From positions 1-13,534 of the forward strand of contig CAVNZM010000077.1 in the NCBI GenBank assembly GCA_963693365.1: a stretch of DNA of 13,534 nucleotides, in the 5' to 3' direction. Positions 1-9,794 of this stretch are shown here, piece by piece. The notes under the pieces are model-generated. The model was given only the letters and a program-made list of their open reading frames with translations, did no database searches and was not told the DNA's origin. Numbering within the stretch: the stretch's first letter is position 1; each line of letters starts with the position of its first letter. A program made the position numbers and the translations under genes. The stretch comes from Amoebidium appalachense (Eukaryota; Protista; Ichthyosporea).

Positions 1-835
1 CCACCACCACCGACGCCCATTGCAGGCCCCGCCCCTCGCGCGAATGGACCACCAGCCTTCCCTCCCATTCTGGCTCCCCTCTACAAGGATGTTACACTCT
101 ACAAGGATGTTATACTGAAAGATTGCTACCTCTACACCCCACCTCCAAATGGCACTGTGGCTGCAGCTAACCAATCCGTAGTGAACGCGCTGTTCCCGAA
201 TGCCAAAATCAGCCAGTTTTCCCAAGAGGAGTTGGACCTCATGCTTGTGGACGCAACCTGGGACGTTAGCCCGGACAGAGCAGATGCGGATCTTGTAGTT
301 ACCGTTCCTCCAGATGCCAATGCCACGGCGTTTGCGGTTCCTCCTGAAGACGCATCAAATACTACATTAACGGTTCCTGTTGCCCTTGATAATGGAACCG
401 TCGTCGATTTTACACCGGAGTTTGACCCCAATACGGGGATGTACACCCAACCTGCAGGTGTTACCCCAAGACCAGATTTCGTCGCGGCGTGCACTAAATT
501 GGTGAACGACAGCGCCTGCCCGGGGCTACCCAGCGAGAAATTTACAAGTTTTGTTCAATCTTGCGTGATGGATTCCATGGTAGCTAATCGCATGCCAGAT
601 GCACAGATTTTGTCAGGAAGCGTCAAGGCCACATGTCAGCAACAGGCTGCTGCTGCCTTGCGGTCAGCCTGCGACAACTGCACTGCGCTGCAGACATGCA
701 GTGGGGGGATTTGTGTAGATTCTGGCTGCCAGCCAAAGGGCTGTGGGCCTGCGGAGAACAAGTGCATCAACAACACGTGTGTGTGCTCGGCGAATTACTA
801 TGGGACGTTCTGCGAATATCAAGCAACACCAGATG
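1..835 (+). CDS. Exon (5'-partial) of multi-exon extracellular EGF-repeat protein; Cys-rich C8-like region plus EGF repeat
   Basis: Frame 1 is open from base 1. Encodes FVQSCVMD and CQPKGCGPAENKCINNTCVCSANYYGTFCE. Phase-1 donor ATG|GTATG at 836, followed by C-run intron sequence. Confidence 0.85.
79..112. repeat. 18-bp-period in-frame tandem duplication (LYKDVT/LYKDVI)
   Basis: CTCTACAAGGATGTTA at 79-94 and 97-112. Confidence 0.85.
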
Positions 836-1811
836 GTATGCATAGCTTGTTGCGTCCGTGCCATCCGTCTTGTGTCCTGTGATCCCCCCCCCCCCCCCCT
901 CCCTCCCCCCCCCCCCCTCCCCCCCCCCCCCCGCACCTCCTCCCTCCCCATCCTTCAACGTTACCCTTTCAACTACCCACTTCGTCCCATCCTTCATGAA
1001 GGTAGGGTCTGTTAAAGGTTTCTTCCTTCTAAATTTGACTGTTCTACCCCCCTTCCCCCCCCTCCCCGCCCCTCCCCACCTCCTTTTTTTTTTTTTTTTT
1101 TTTTGTGGGGGGGGGGGGGGGGGGAGGGGGGATAGCTAAAGCATTTCGGCAATAACAAAAGACAAATCACAGGCCAAAAGCTGTGCTCTCATTGCTCCTG
1201 AAAAGCACCCAAGAAAAAAAGAGGTTAAAATTCAATCTTTCATTCAAAACAAACACAGGACGAATCCTGACAGGACTTTAAAAACACGTTGATGTGCTCC
1301 TTTGTAGTGTGTTCCCCTGTTAATGGCCCTTAGTGTCTTTGCATGGCACCACCATCATCATCCCCCCCCCCCCCCCCCCCCCCCCCCCCCACCCCACCCC
1401 CACCCTCCCCTCTACGTCAAAAAGTTTTTTTAAAGTTTTTTTGTTGATGTTTTTTCGTGATCGCTTGACCAGATCACACTGTTATGCTGTTATCTAAACG
1501 TGTATGTGCAGGGGGTATAAAAACACACTAACTGTGAAATTTTGATGCATTTTCGTCGCGCGGTTCCCGAGTTATTGCATTTTTAATTTTTTGAAACGAG
1601 AATAATGTTATGCTCAAACCTGCAGAACGTTATACAATTTTACTTAGTAAATGTAATTTTGAGTCTAGAATTTCGTTAAAATGCCTTCTCCCCCCCCCAT
1701 CAACATCCCCCCCCCCCCCCCCCCAAACACACACACAGAGCTCGCCATTTATGACAGTTACAATAGCAGTAGGTGACGGAGCTGCAACTAACTCTATCAA
1801 TTATAATGCAG

Positions 1812-1854
1812 AGAACACATGCCAAATGATCCCCAACCTCTGCCTGAATGGAGG
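1812..1854 (+). CDS. Small exon of EGF-repeat protein (ENTCQMIPNLCLNGG)
   Basis: Acceptor TGCAG|, donor |GTATC; phase 1 in, phase 2 out; forms the first half of an EGF domain completed by the next exon. Confidence 0.75.
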
Positions 1855-1888
1855 GTATCGTCTCCCTTGCCTCCTGCTTCTGCAGACA

Positions 1889-1971
<83 letters not shown>

Positions 1972-2208
1972 ACAGATTCAGATACGGACACCACCACCCA
2001 AAAACCCGAAAGAAAAGGCAAATTCATCACCCACTCATGCACACCAACTGATTGCATACCTCTTCCTATCAACCCGCCCAACTCTCCCCCCCATCCACCT
2101 CCCTCCTCCACCCCAAAAAACACAGGTAACAGCCTCAGGCAAACGCACCACATGCACAAATACGAACTCAAAAAAATCTCCCACATGTTGTACTCTCCTC
2201 ACTACTGC

Positions 2209-2290
2209 CACCACCACTGTCACGAGATTCTATACGAGTGAGTGTTGCAAGCACCACCACTATCACGGGATTCTATACGAGTGAGTGTTG
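2209..2290. repeat. Intronic 43-bp-period direct repeat, 2 copies
   Basis: CACCACCACT(G/A)TCACG(A/G)GATTCTATACGAGTGAGTGTTG at 2209 and 2252. Confidence 0.9.
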
Positions 2291-2395
2291 AAATATGTGC
2301 TTGCAAGTTGTTGATTTGACAGATAAAATGTAATCAGCTTTTTGCCTTGAAACAATGCGGCACGCGGAACACTAAAATCATTCAATCCACCATAG

Positions 2396-2469
2396 AACAT
2401 GTGTCGACCTGCCTTTCGGGGATTACAAGTGCAACTGTGTGGCCCCCTTCACCGGTGCAAGCTGTCAAG
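2396..2469 (+). CDS. Exon of EGF-repeat protein (TCVDLPFGDYKCNCVAPFTGASCQ)
   Basis: CATAG| acceptor, AAG|GTATT donor; joins in phase to complete a six-Cys EGF. Confidence 0.85.
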
Positions 2470-2654
2470 GTATTTAGTGTCCCGTGCCCCTCCCTCACCC
2501 CTGCTGCATCCATTGGAGAGAGACAGCCTGTCTCTTACCATTGAAAATCTACACCTTTCTATCCCCCTCCCTCCCCTCCCCTCTTCCCCCCAAGATTCAC
2601 AGTAAGAGTGATTCTCTTGGACTCTAAGACTCACACAACACTTGTATCTCGTAG

Positions 2655-2777
2655 CAAGGGACGAATGCACGCTTGAGATACACAACTGTGCTGCCAAGGC
2701 GGTGTGCACGGACACAGAGAGCAGCTTTACGTGCACCTGCAACCAAGGATATGCAGGCGACGGCACAACATGCACAG
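2655..2777 (+). CDS. Exon encoding a calcium-binding-type EGF domain (RDECTLEIHNCAAKAVCTDTESSFTCTCNQGYAGDGTTCT)
   Basis: CGTAG| acceptor, CAG|GTGAGT donor; phase 1-1 exon holding one EGF domain. Confidence 0.9.
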
Positions 2778-2847
2778 GTGAGTGGTCACGGAACGAACCC
2801 TGATAGCGCGTGGTCATCGCTTTCCCTTATTCTCCTATAAGACAGGA

Positions 2848-2878
<31 letters not shown>

Positions 2879-2921
2879 TGAAGAGAGAGAGAGAGAGAGA
2901 GAGAGTCTCTCACTCACTCAC

Positions 2922-2966
<45 letters not shown>

Positions 2967-3103
2967 TGGGGGGGTTAGGGGGGGGGGGGGGGGAGTCAGC
3001 AGGCTCAAAGAACGGAGGTTGAACTAGATAACTTGAATCAAATATATCAATGTACTACAAACACAAATTCCTACTAATATCAAATCGAACATGTTGCCAC
3101 CAG

Positions 3104-3195
3104 CCATGTGCAGTCTTATCCCGCCCGTGTGCTTGAACGGCGGTGTCTGCGCTCCAGCCGCAACTGATGCCGGATACACCTGCACCTGCCCCAGG
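3104..3195 (+). CDS. Exon of EGF-repeat protein (MCSLIPPVCLNGGVCAPAATDAGYTCTCPR)
   Basis: ACCAG| acceptor, AGG|GTAAGT donor; phase 1 in, phase 0 out. Confidence 0.88.
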
Positions 3196-3393
3196 GTAAG
3201 TACTATGTATGCCTGATGGTAAAATTATAAATATCGCTTACAGCACTCTAAGTTACACATGGTCACGGGTTGCGCATGGGTGCTAGAGTAGTCACGTCAA
3301 CAGTTCCCTTTCCCTTTTACGCCGCGGTTCCGGGAACAACTCCACGTGCCTATTCAGTACGCTCATTCCATTACCCTCTCTCTTTTTTTTCTC

Positions 3394-3427
<34 letters not shown>

Positions 3428-3462
3428 CCCCCTCCCCCCTCTTTTTTTGCCCCCCTGTGCAG

Positions 3463-3880
3463 CTTTTCAGCGGACCACGGTGCGAGACTCCGCTGAATCC
3501 CTACGGAAACATCCAAGGCACCATGTTTGCTGATGTGAACAACAACGGCATTTACGACCCAGACGAGTTTGCGCTCATTGATGCGGCTGTGCAACTGGTG
3601 TCCATCTCAAACTTCACCAATGTCACAGTAGCTTCTGTGTTGACCGAATCCAACGGTAGTTATACTTTCCTGTTTATAAAGCCGGGTACATATGTGGTGA
3701 GGCTGGTAAAACACTCTCTCCTGCCGCCAAGCGCCATGCGTGACAAATTCAAAATTCGCCAATCAGAACACACAGTCTACAGAAGACAAACGGTAGTGGG
3801 CCAGTGGAGTGGGCAAACCGAGCAAACAACTACTGTGCAAGATGGAGTAACAACGACGGTCAGCATGAGCGTGCTGCCAG
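3463..3880 (+). CDS. Exon: end of EGF plus SdrD-B/Cna-B-like beta-sandwich domain
   Basis: Pyrimidine tract then TGCAG|; encodes LFSGPRCE then GNIQGTMFADVNNNGIYDPDE...TESNGSYTFLFIKPGTYVVRL; donor CAG|GTGGGT. Confidence 0.85.
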
Positions 3881-4027
3881 GTGGGTAGCCTGCGGTAGTG
3901 ACTGATATCTACGTGGGGCTGAAGAGATTTGGTGTTGATTTACTTTTGACTTTTGACTTTTGAAGTGTTTACAGATGTCTTTTTTTCACATGGCTGTTAT
4001 TGGGGTCACAGGTAGTTAAAGGATTTA

Positions 4028-4091
4028 GGAATGAATTCTGAACCTTTAACCTCTGAACAGGAGTTCGGAATGAATTCTGAACCTTTAACCT
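4028..4091. repeat. Intronic 25-bp direct repeat, 2 copies (period 39)
   Basis: GGAATGAATTCTGAACCTTTAACCT at 4028 and 4067. Confidence 0.9.
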
Positions 4092-4171
4092 TCTATATGG
4101 ACACACGTTCTGTTTGAACACACCTTCTGTTTGAAGAAACGGCAAACTTATTCAAAAACACTCCCCCTCAG

Positions 4172-5003
4172 ATTTCGCTTTGTGTGCAAACGGCACCCAT
4201 AACTGTGATGTTAGTGCCACTTGTACAGCCAACGCTACCGAGTTCACCTGCACGTGCAACGCCGGTTACGTAGGCAGCGGGACTGTTTGCACACCTGCAC
4301 CTACAACAACAACAACCACAACCACAACAACCACAACAACCACCGCCTTAACCACCGCCTCAACCACCACGACAACGCCTACAACAACTCTGTCATCTCC
4401 ATCTGCCGTCTCAGTGGACCCGGCACCAGCACCAGCCACCACTACACCAAGCAGCACACCATTAGCAGTTACATGTGCTTCTGGTACTCATGGATGCAGT
4501 GTGAATGCTACGTGCTCAGACACCGCAACCGGGGTAACATGCACGTGCAATAGCGGATACGCGGGGGATGGAACCACGTGTACACCAGTAACTAGTTCGA
4601 GTGGTAGTTGGACTGCAGTTTCGACCCAAACCACAACCACAACCACAACCATTACGTCTGACACTCAGGCAGTGGTGAGCCCGACACACATTCCTCCGAG
4701 GAACTTCTCCCATTCCTCCGGCTGTTTCTCTTCCAGCCAAGCATTTACTTTCATGCTTTCCAATGCTGGGGTAGGTGCGGTTAAGTCGGCGGAAGCTCGC
4801 ACGATATTCAACACGACCGACCCGACCAACGGCGGTTACTGCTTAAGTTTGAAGTCTCCAACTATGGGTGAAATGCTTTACGACTGCGAGTTCCCGTCGA
4901 CCCCCGGGCTTGTCGGATCCTATGACCCCATTCAGGGTCTTCTAACGATCACAGGAGAGGTGGCGAGATGCCCCGTCAGCATCGAAGCGTGGGAGTGCCA
5001 GAG
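4172..5003 (+). CDS. Exon: two EGF domains separated by Thr/Ser/Pro mucin-like linkers, plus C-terminal globular domain
   Basis: CCCCCTCAG| acceptor; CANGTHNCDVSATC...GYVGSGTVC and CASGTHGCSVNATC...GYAGDGTTC; poly-Thr; donor GAG|GTATGT. Confidence 0.85.
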
Positions 5004-5316
5004 GTATGTTTTTCTTTGTCTACGTAAGGCTAAGCACACGACATCTGAACATTGACTTCTAGCCGCCAGTTGTGTGTGCTGCATGACTCTTTTCTTTAAC
5101 ACATGCTCCAAATTACAACTTTTGCTACAGTTTATACTTTTTGTGCCCCATAAATACCACACCTCTACACAGCCGTATGGGCCTAAGCTCAAATCCCCCC
5201 CCCCCCCCCCCCCCCCCCTCCCCCCCCCCCCCCCCCCAAAAAAAAAAAAAAAAAAAAAAGAGAAGAAAAAAAGTGGGGGGGGGGGGGGGGGGGGGGGGGG
5301 ATAAAAGGAGATGGGG

Positions 5317-5350
<34 letters not shown>

Positions 5351-5529
5351 GTTAATAAGCAGTACGCAACAGAAACGCGAAGGAAATTTCAAAGGAAGAA
5401 TTGAAAGGAAAGAAGAGGGAAGGGGGTAGGGGGAAGGAATGAGCCATTCTCCCTCCCTCCCCTCCTCAGACATCCCCCCGGACATTGTGTTGACTTCCCT
5501 CCCTCTCCTCTCCCCCCCCCCCCCCGCCT

Positions 5530-5593
<64 letters not shown>

Positions 5594-5595
<2 letters not shown>

Positions 5596-5702
5596 ATCTG
5601 CGTGCCATGGGCCTCTGCAAGGTCAACTTCCAATATCCCGTTAGCGCTGTGAACGGGGTGCTGCAAGCTGATGAAGGAGGGTACTTAGGACTTTTGAGAT
5701 AA
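5594..5702 (+). CDS. Probable last exon of EGF-repeat protein (YLRAMGLCKVNFQYP...LLR*)
   Basis: (CA)n-CAG| acceptor, phase 2 compatible with the donor at 5004; TAA at 5700-5702. Confidence 0.6.
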
Positions 5703-5729
5703 TGGACACGTGCAGCGATTTCTGCCGTT

Positions 5730-6752
5730 TTATTTTTGCAATTTTGGGTCAAAAATAAGTTGCCGCGCTTGCTCCTTCCACCACTCCAGGTGCTCTCCAT
5801 CAGGGTCCAAAAATACATTGTCCTTAGCCAATCGCTCAAGCATACTTCCAAGTGTGCCCCATTGTTCGCGTAGCCAAATGGGAAAAGGCTGAATAGACGA
5901 CCCTTGGTTCACCTTGATTGACATCGATGCAGGCTGGTTGGGGAGCGTGTGAAGAAGAGCCTTACGCGAACCTCGACATTCTATCCACTCGCCTTGGCTG
6001 GCAAGTCGCCGAACCTCAAATTTTACGCCAGTGTCCAGTTTGATCCATCGGAAGCATCGCCATTTTGCGAAGTACGACAGGGGATCGGCGCAAGGGGCTA
6101 ACCACTCTGTGAACTCTGGAATGGCTTGTACATTGTGCACCTCAGGAGGCTCCACCACTCTCCCTCTTTGGCGAATATACGGCGCTAAATCTTTCGATCT
6201 TGGTCGCTTTTTCAAAGTCTCCATCAAATCGGGAACAGTCCGCGGCGGTTGCTCAGTCAGGTAATGGTTGAATCCCCGAAAGCGGCCATCGATATCCTCG
6301 TGCGTATGTCCCGGAAGAAGGAACGAACACTCCACAGTGGTGAACACACCCCTAGAAACGAGTAATTCAAAAAATTGCATCATTGCGTTGCAATGATTCT
6401 CGGAGGCGTTATCCATTTGCACGTACAACGTCTCTGGCAACGAGCCCCGTATCTCCAATTCACGCTCGATTGCCAACGTGAGTGCCGCGATTTGGACATT
6501 GGCACCCTTGCGACCGTGCTCATCCACGATTGTGTAGAGGGTGCGGCCATGAACGAGGACACTGGTTATCCGAACGGCCTTCTTGGGAATCGAGCTCGCG
6601 GCTTTGGAGTTCCAATGTACGTTCGGGATTTCGGATTTTGCTTGGTCCATTGAGTCAACGATGACACTCATGTACTTGTGTGGCTCCCGAATTGCAGCTG
6701 ACCGATGCTGGTAATAGCTCTCTCTCTCCTTTCTGTGACATCTCATGGTCAA
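5730..6752 (-). CDS. Sola-like / DUF7869-type DDD transposase catalytic domain, probably 5'-incomplete
   Basis: 340-codon ORF with motifs VIVDSMDQAK, LYVQMDNASENHCN and SFLLPGHTHEDIDGRF, recognised from memory of this family. No TIR or TSD identified. Confidence 0.75.
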   Translation of the reverse strand: MTMRCHRKERESYYQHRSAAIREPHKYMSVIVDSMDQAKSEIPNVHWNSKAASSIPKKAVRITSVLVHGRTLYTIVDEHGRKGANVQIAALTLAIERELEIRGSLPETLYVQMDNASENHCNAMMQFFELLVSRGVFTTVECSFLLPGHTHEDIDGRFRGFNHYLTEQPPRTVPDLMETLKKRPRSKDLAPYIRQRGRVVEPPEVHNVQAIPEFTEWLAPCADPLSYFAKWRCFRWIKLDTGVKFEVRRLASQGEWIECRGSRKALLHTLPNQPASMSIKVNQGSSIQPFPIWLREQWGTLGSMLERLAKDNVFLDPDGEHLEWWKEQARQLIFDPKLQK

Positions 6753-6782
6753 TCACTATATATATGGTTAGGAGGATCCTAA

Positions 6783-6909
6783 TCCTAGTGTCAACCAGGA
6801 GACCCGATCCTAATCACAACTAGGACTCTGGATCCTAGTTACAACTAGGACAATATATCCTAGTTACAACTAGGATGACGTCATCCTAGTTGGTACTAGG
6901 ATGACGTCA
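6783..6909. repeat. Array of five 18-bp imperfect palindromes (TCCTAGTTACAACTAGGA), period 25-26 bp
   Basis: Copies at 6783, 6808, 6833, 6858, 6884; spacers GACCCGA, CTCTGGA, CAATATA, TGACGTCA. Confidence 0.9.
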
Positions 6910-6928
6910 CTCGTTTATCTTCAATGGC

Positions 6929-7036
6929 TGTACGACACAACTGTGCGGTTTCATGCACTCTAATAATTGCGAATATGTGTGTGTACGACAAAGCTGTGCG
7001 GTTTCATGCACTCTAGTTGCGAATATGTGTATGTAT
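6929..7036. repeat. ~53-bp tandem direct repeat, 2 copies
   Basis: TGTACGACA...CTGTGCGGTTTCATGCACTCTA...TTGCGAATATGTGT at 6929 and 6982. Confidence 0.88.
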
Positions 7037-7184
7037 ATAGTGACATACTTTGATTGCAGGAAGTTGCTACCAAAGAGATGTGCGCGATGCGGTGATTTGA
7101 AATACATGTGATGTCGCCAGATACAAACCCAAATACCAACCCAAATACCCTACGCGCAGGCACACACGTACACACAGTCACTTG

Positions 7185-8190
<1,006 letters not shown>

Positions 8191-8364
8191 AATGAGTTCG
8201 GGGGGCCCAGTCTAGTTATCTCTTCTCGCCCCCTCCTCTCTTCTTCTAGTCTAAGCTTGTGTCACTATATAAGATGAAAATACAAATCCTAAATACAGAA
8301 GATGTCGAAATGTCAAAAATCCGGAAAATCGTCAATTTTGTAATTTTAATAGAGTAGAAATTGG

Positions 8365-8401
8365 GTACCTACGGAAGCCTACGGAACTTTCGCGGTGCTC
8401 C
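8365..8401 (-). mobile_element. 37-bp mitochondrial insertion element, intergenic copy
   Basis: Reverse complement GGAGCACCGCGAAAGTTCCGTAGGCTTCCGTAGGTAC matches the three tRNA-inserted copies. Confidence 0.8.
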
Positions 8402-8470
8402 ATTTTATAATAATCTTAAATTGTAATTCAACTTATTTCTTCAAACAGTAGTAAATCTAGTTCTATTTAA

Positions 8471-8544
8471 TGTAGAGACGGATTACGGTTGATCCATTAG
8501 ACTCATGATCTAATTCCTTGTAGGTTCGACTCCTACCTCTACAA
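8471..8544 (+). tRNA. trnM: tRNA-Met(CAU), possibly initiator
   Basis: Acceptor TGTAGAG/CTCTACA; anticodon arm TTAGA-CTCATGA-TCTAA; T-loop TTCGACT. Confidence 0.9.
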
Positions 8545-8562
8545 CTTTTTTAATTATCATTA

Positions 8563-8635
8563 GCTCATAAAGCTCAATTGGTTGAGCGCAGAATTGAAAA
8601 TTCTGAGGTTCTAGGTTCAAGCCCTTGGATGAGCA
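8563..8635 (+). tRNA. trnF: tRNA-Phe(GAA)
   Basis: Acceptor GCTCAT/ATGAGC; arm CAGAA-TTGAAAA-TTCTG. Confidence 0.9.
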
Positions 8636-8638
8636 CTC

Positions 8639-8711
8639 TGAGAATTAGCCAAGTTGGTAAGGCATTACTTTTTGGTAGTAACAACCGAAGGTTCGAATCC
8701 TTCATTCTCAT
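8639..8711 (+). tRNA. trnQ: tRNA-Gln(UUG)
   Basis: TGAGAAT/ATTCTCA; TTACT-TTTTGGT-AGTAA. Confidence 0.93.
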
Positions 8712-8721
8712 CACTCCAATC

Positions 8722-8794
8722 GTTGATATAGCTCAATGGTTAGAGTTTAGTATTGCAAATACTAATGTTGTAGGTTCAAATCCTACTATCAACT
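8722..8794 (+). tRNA. trnC: tRNA-Cys(GCA)
   Basis: GTTGATA/TATCAAC; TAGTA-TTGCAAA-TACTA. Confidence 0.93.
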
Positions 8795-8810
8795 TTCCTA
8801 ATATTCTCTT

Positions 8811-8882
8811 GCTAGTGTAGCTTAATGGTGAAGCATCTGTCTTGTAAACAGAAGAATGTGGGTTCAAGTCCTACTACTAGCT
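8811..8882 (+). tRNA. trnT: tRNA-Thr(UGU)
   Basis: GCTAGTG/TACTAGC; TCTGT-CTTGTAA-ACAGA. Confidence 0.93.
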
Positions 8883-8886
8883 CTCT

Positions 8887-8959
8887 AGGTATTTAGCTTA
8901 ATTGGCAAAGCATGCAACTAATAATTGCAAGGATGATGGTTCAACTCCTTCAGTACCTA
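8887..8959 (+). tRNA. trnI: tRNA-Ile(AAU)
   Basis: AGGTATT/AGTACCT; TGCAA-CTAATAA-TTGCA. Confidence 0.87.
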
Positions 8960-8963
8960 CCTT

Positions 8964-9036
8964 ATCTCTGTAGCTCAATTGGTAGAGCATTTCACTTCCA
9001 ATGAAATTGTTATGGGTTCAAGTCTCATCTGAGATA
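8964..9036 (+). tRNA. trnG: tRNA-Gly(UCC)
   Basis: ATCTCTG/CTGAGAT (one U-U); TTTCA-CTTCCAA-TGAAA. Confidence 0.9.
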
Positions 9037-9042
9037 CGTTAC

Positions 9043-9151
9043 GAGCATATAACTTAATTATTATAGCATGCAACTAATAATTGCAATAATTATAGTTGGA
9101 GCACCACGAAAGTTCTTTAGATTTCCGTAGGTACCAACTTCTCCGTACCTA
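9043..9151 (+). pseudogene. Chimeric trnA/trnI(AAU) pseudogene with 37-bp insertion in the T-loop
   Basis: 5' end resembles trnA (GAGCATATAACTTAATT), anticodon arm identical to trnI, 3' end GTACCTA as in trnI; acceptor halves do not pair. Confidence 0.8.
9098..9134 (+). mobile_element. 37-bp insertion element in T-loop (TT^CAA)
   Basis: GGAGCACCACGAAAGTTCTTTAGATTTCCGTAGGTAC between GTT and CAACT. Confidence 0.85.
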
Positions 9152-9184
9152 CCTTATCTCTGTAGCTCAATTGGTAGAGCATTT

Positions 9185-9212
9185 GGGACGTCCAGAGTTA
9201 CCACGGCAGGAC
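9185..9212 (+). mobile_element. 28-bp insertion in anticodon stem (TT^CA)
   Basis: GGGACGTCCAGAGTTACCACGGCAGGAC, absent from the intact trnG copy. Confidence 0.75.
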
Positions 9213-9238
9213 CACTTCCAATGAAATTGTTATGGGTT

Positions 9239-9275
9239 GGAGCATCGCGAAAGTTCCATAGGCTTCCGTAGGTAC
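9239..9275 (+). mobile_element. 37-bp insertion element in T-loop (TT^CAA)
   Basis: GGAGCATCGCGAAAGTTCCATAGGCTTCCGTAGGTAC between GGGTT and CAAGT. Confidence 0.88.
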
Positions 9276-9299
9276 CAAGTCTCATCAGAGATACGTTCT

Positions 9300-9372
9300 G
9301 GGCATATAGCTTAATTGGTATAGCATCTGTTTTGCATACAGAAGATTATAGGTTCAAGTCCTATTATGTCCA
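9300..9372 (+). tRNA. trnA: tRNA-Ala(UGC)
   Basis: GGGCATA/TATGTCC with G3:U70; TCTGT-TTTGCAT-ACAGA. Confidence 0.94.
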
Positions 9373-9388
9373 ACTATCAAGATATGAC

Positions 9389-9471
9389 GAAGAAGAGGCG
9401 ATCTGGAAGCAAGCTCTCTTGAAAAGAGTCGCTCTATTGTTGAGTAGTAGGTTCGAATCCTGCCTTCTTCG
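9389..9471 (+). tRNA. trnS: tRNA-Ser(UGA)
   Basis: GAAGAAG/CTTCTTC; GCTCT-CTTGAAA-AGAGT; long variable arm; G discriminator. Confidence 0.88.
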
Positions 9472-9519
9472 ATTTATGTACAACCATCCATAGTAGTATA
9501 CCACAATAAGTTGTCGAGT

Positions 9520-9592
9520 CAGAAAATAGCTCAATTGGTCGAGCACTCGTTTTGGGAACGAGAGGTTATAGGTTCAAGTCCTATTTTTCTGA
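9520..9592 (+). tRNA. trnP: tRNA-Pro(UGG)
   Basis: CAGAAAA/TTTTCTG; CTCGT-TTTGGGA-ACGAG. Confidence 0.94.
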
Positions 9593-9619
9593 TCTAGTGT
9601 CGAATGTGTTACATTAGTA

Positions 9620-9692
9620 TCTTCAGTAGTTCAATAGGTAGATCACTCGTCTGTTAAACGAAGGGTTATAGGTTCGAGTCCTATCTGAAGAG
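9620..9692 (+). tRNA. trnN: tRNA-Asn(GUU)
   Basis: TCTTCAG/CTGAAGA; CTCGT-CTGTTAA-ACGAA. Confidence 0.92.
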
Positions 9693-9707
9693 GTACGAAT
9701 AGAGTCG

Positions 9708-9780
9708 AGGTATTTAGCTCAATTGGTAGAGCATAATCCTTACAAGATTACGGCTGTAGGTTCAAGTCCTGCAATACCTA
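9708..9780 (+). tRNA. trnV: tRNA-Val(UAC)
   Basis: AGGTATT/AATACCT; TAATC-CTTACAA-GATTA. Confidence 0.94.
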
Positions 9781-9794
9781 TTACACCAAAGGTA

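Larger units (their letters stand above)
9156..9293 (+). pseudogene. trnG: Second trnG(UCC) copy interrupted by two insertions (28 and 37 bp)
   Basis: Removing 9185-9212 and 9239-9275 restores the trnG sequence, with a fully paired acceptor stem ATCTCTG/CAGAGAT. Confidence 0.85.

Noticed and set aside
1415-1685. MITE in the AT-rich part of intron 1
   Set aside because: Only weak inverted similarity (TGCAGG/CCTGCA); no convincing TIR or TSD.
1610-2284. 224-aa ORF and overlapping poly-P/poly-K ORFs
   Set aside because: Mostly intronic homopolymer; only 1812-1854 fits the EGF gene.
4675-4736. Extra intron GTGAGC...TTCCAG within the large exon
   Set aside because: 62 nt; removing it shifts the frame into a stop within 16 codons, whereas the unspliced frame stays open.
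6783-6909. CRISPR array
   Set aside because: Repeats are 18 bp and spacers 7-8 bp, far too short; eukaryotic context and no cas genes.
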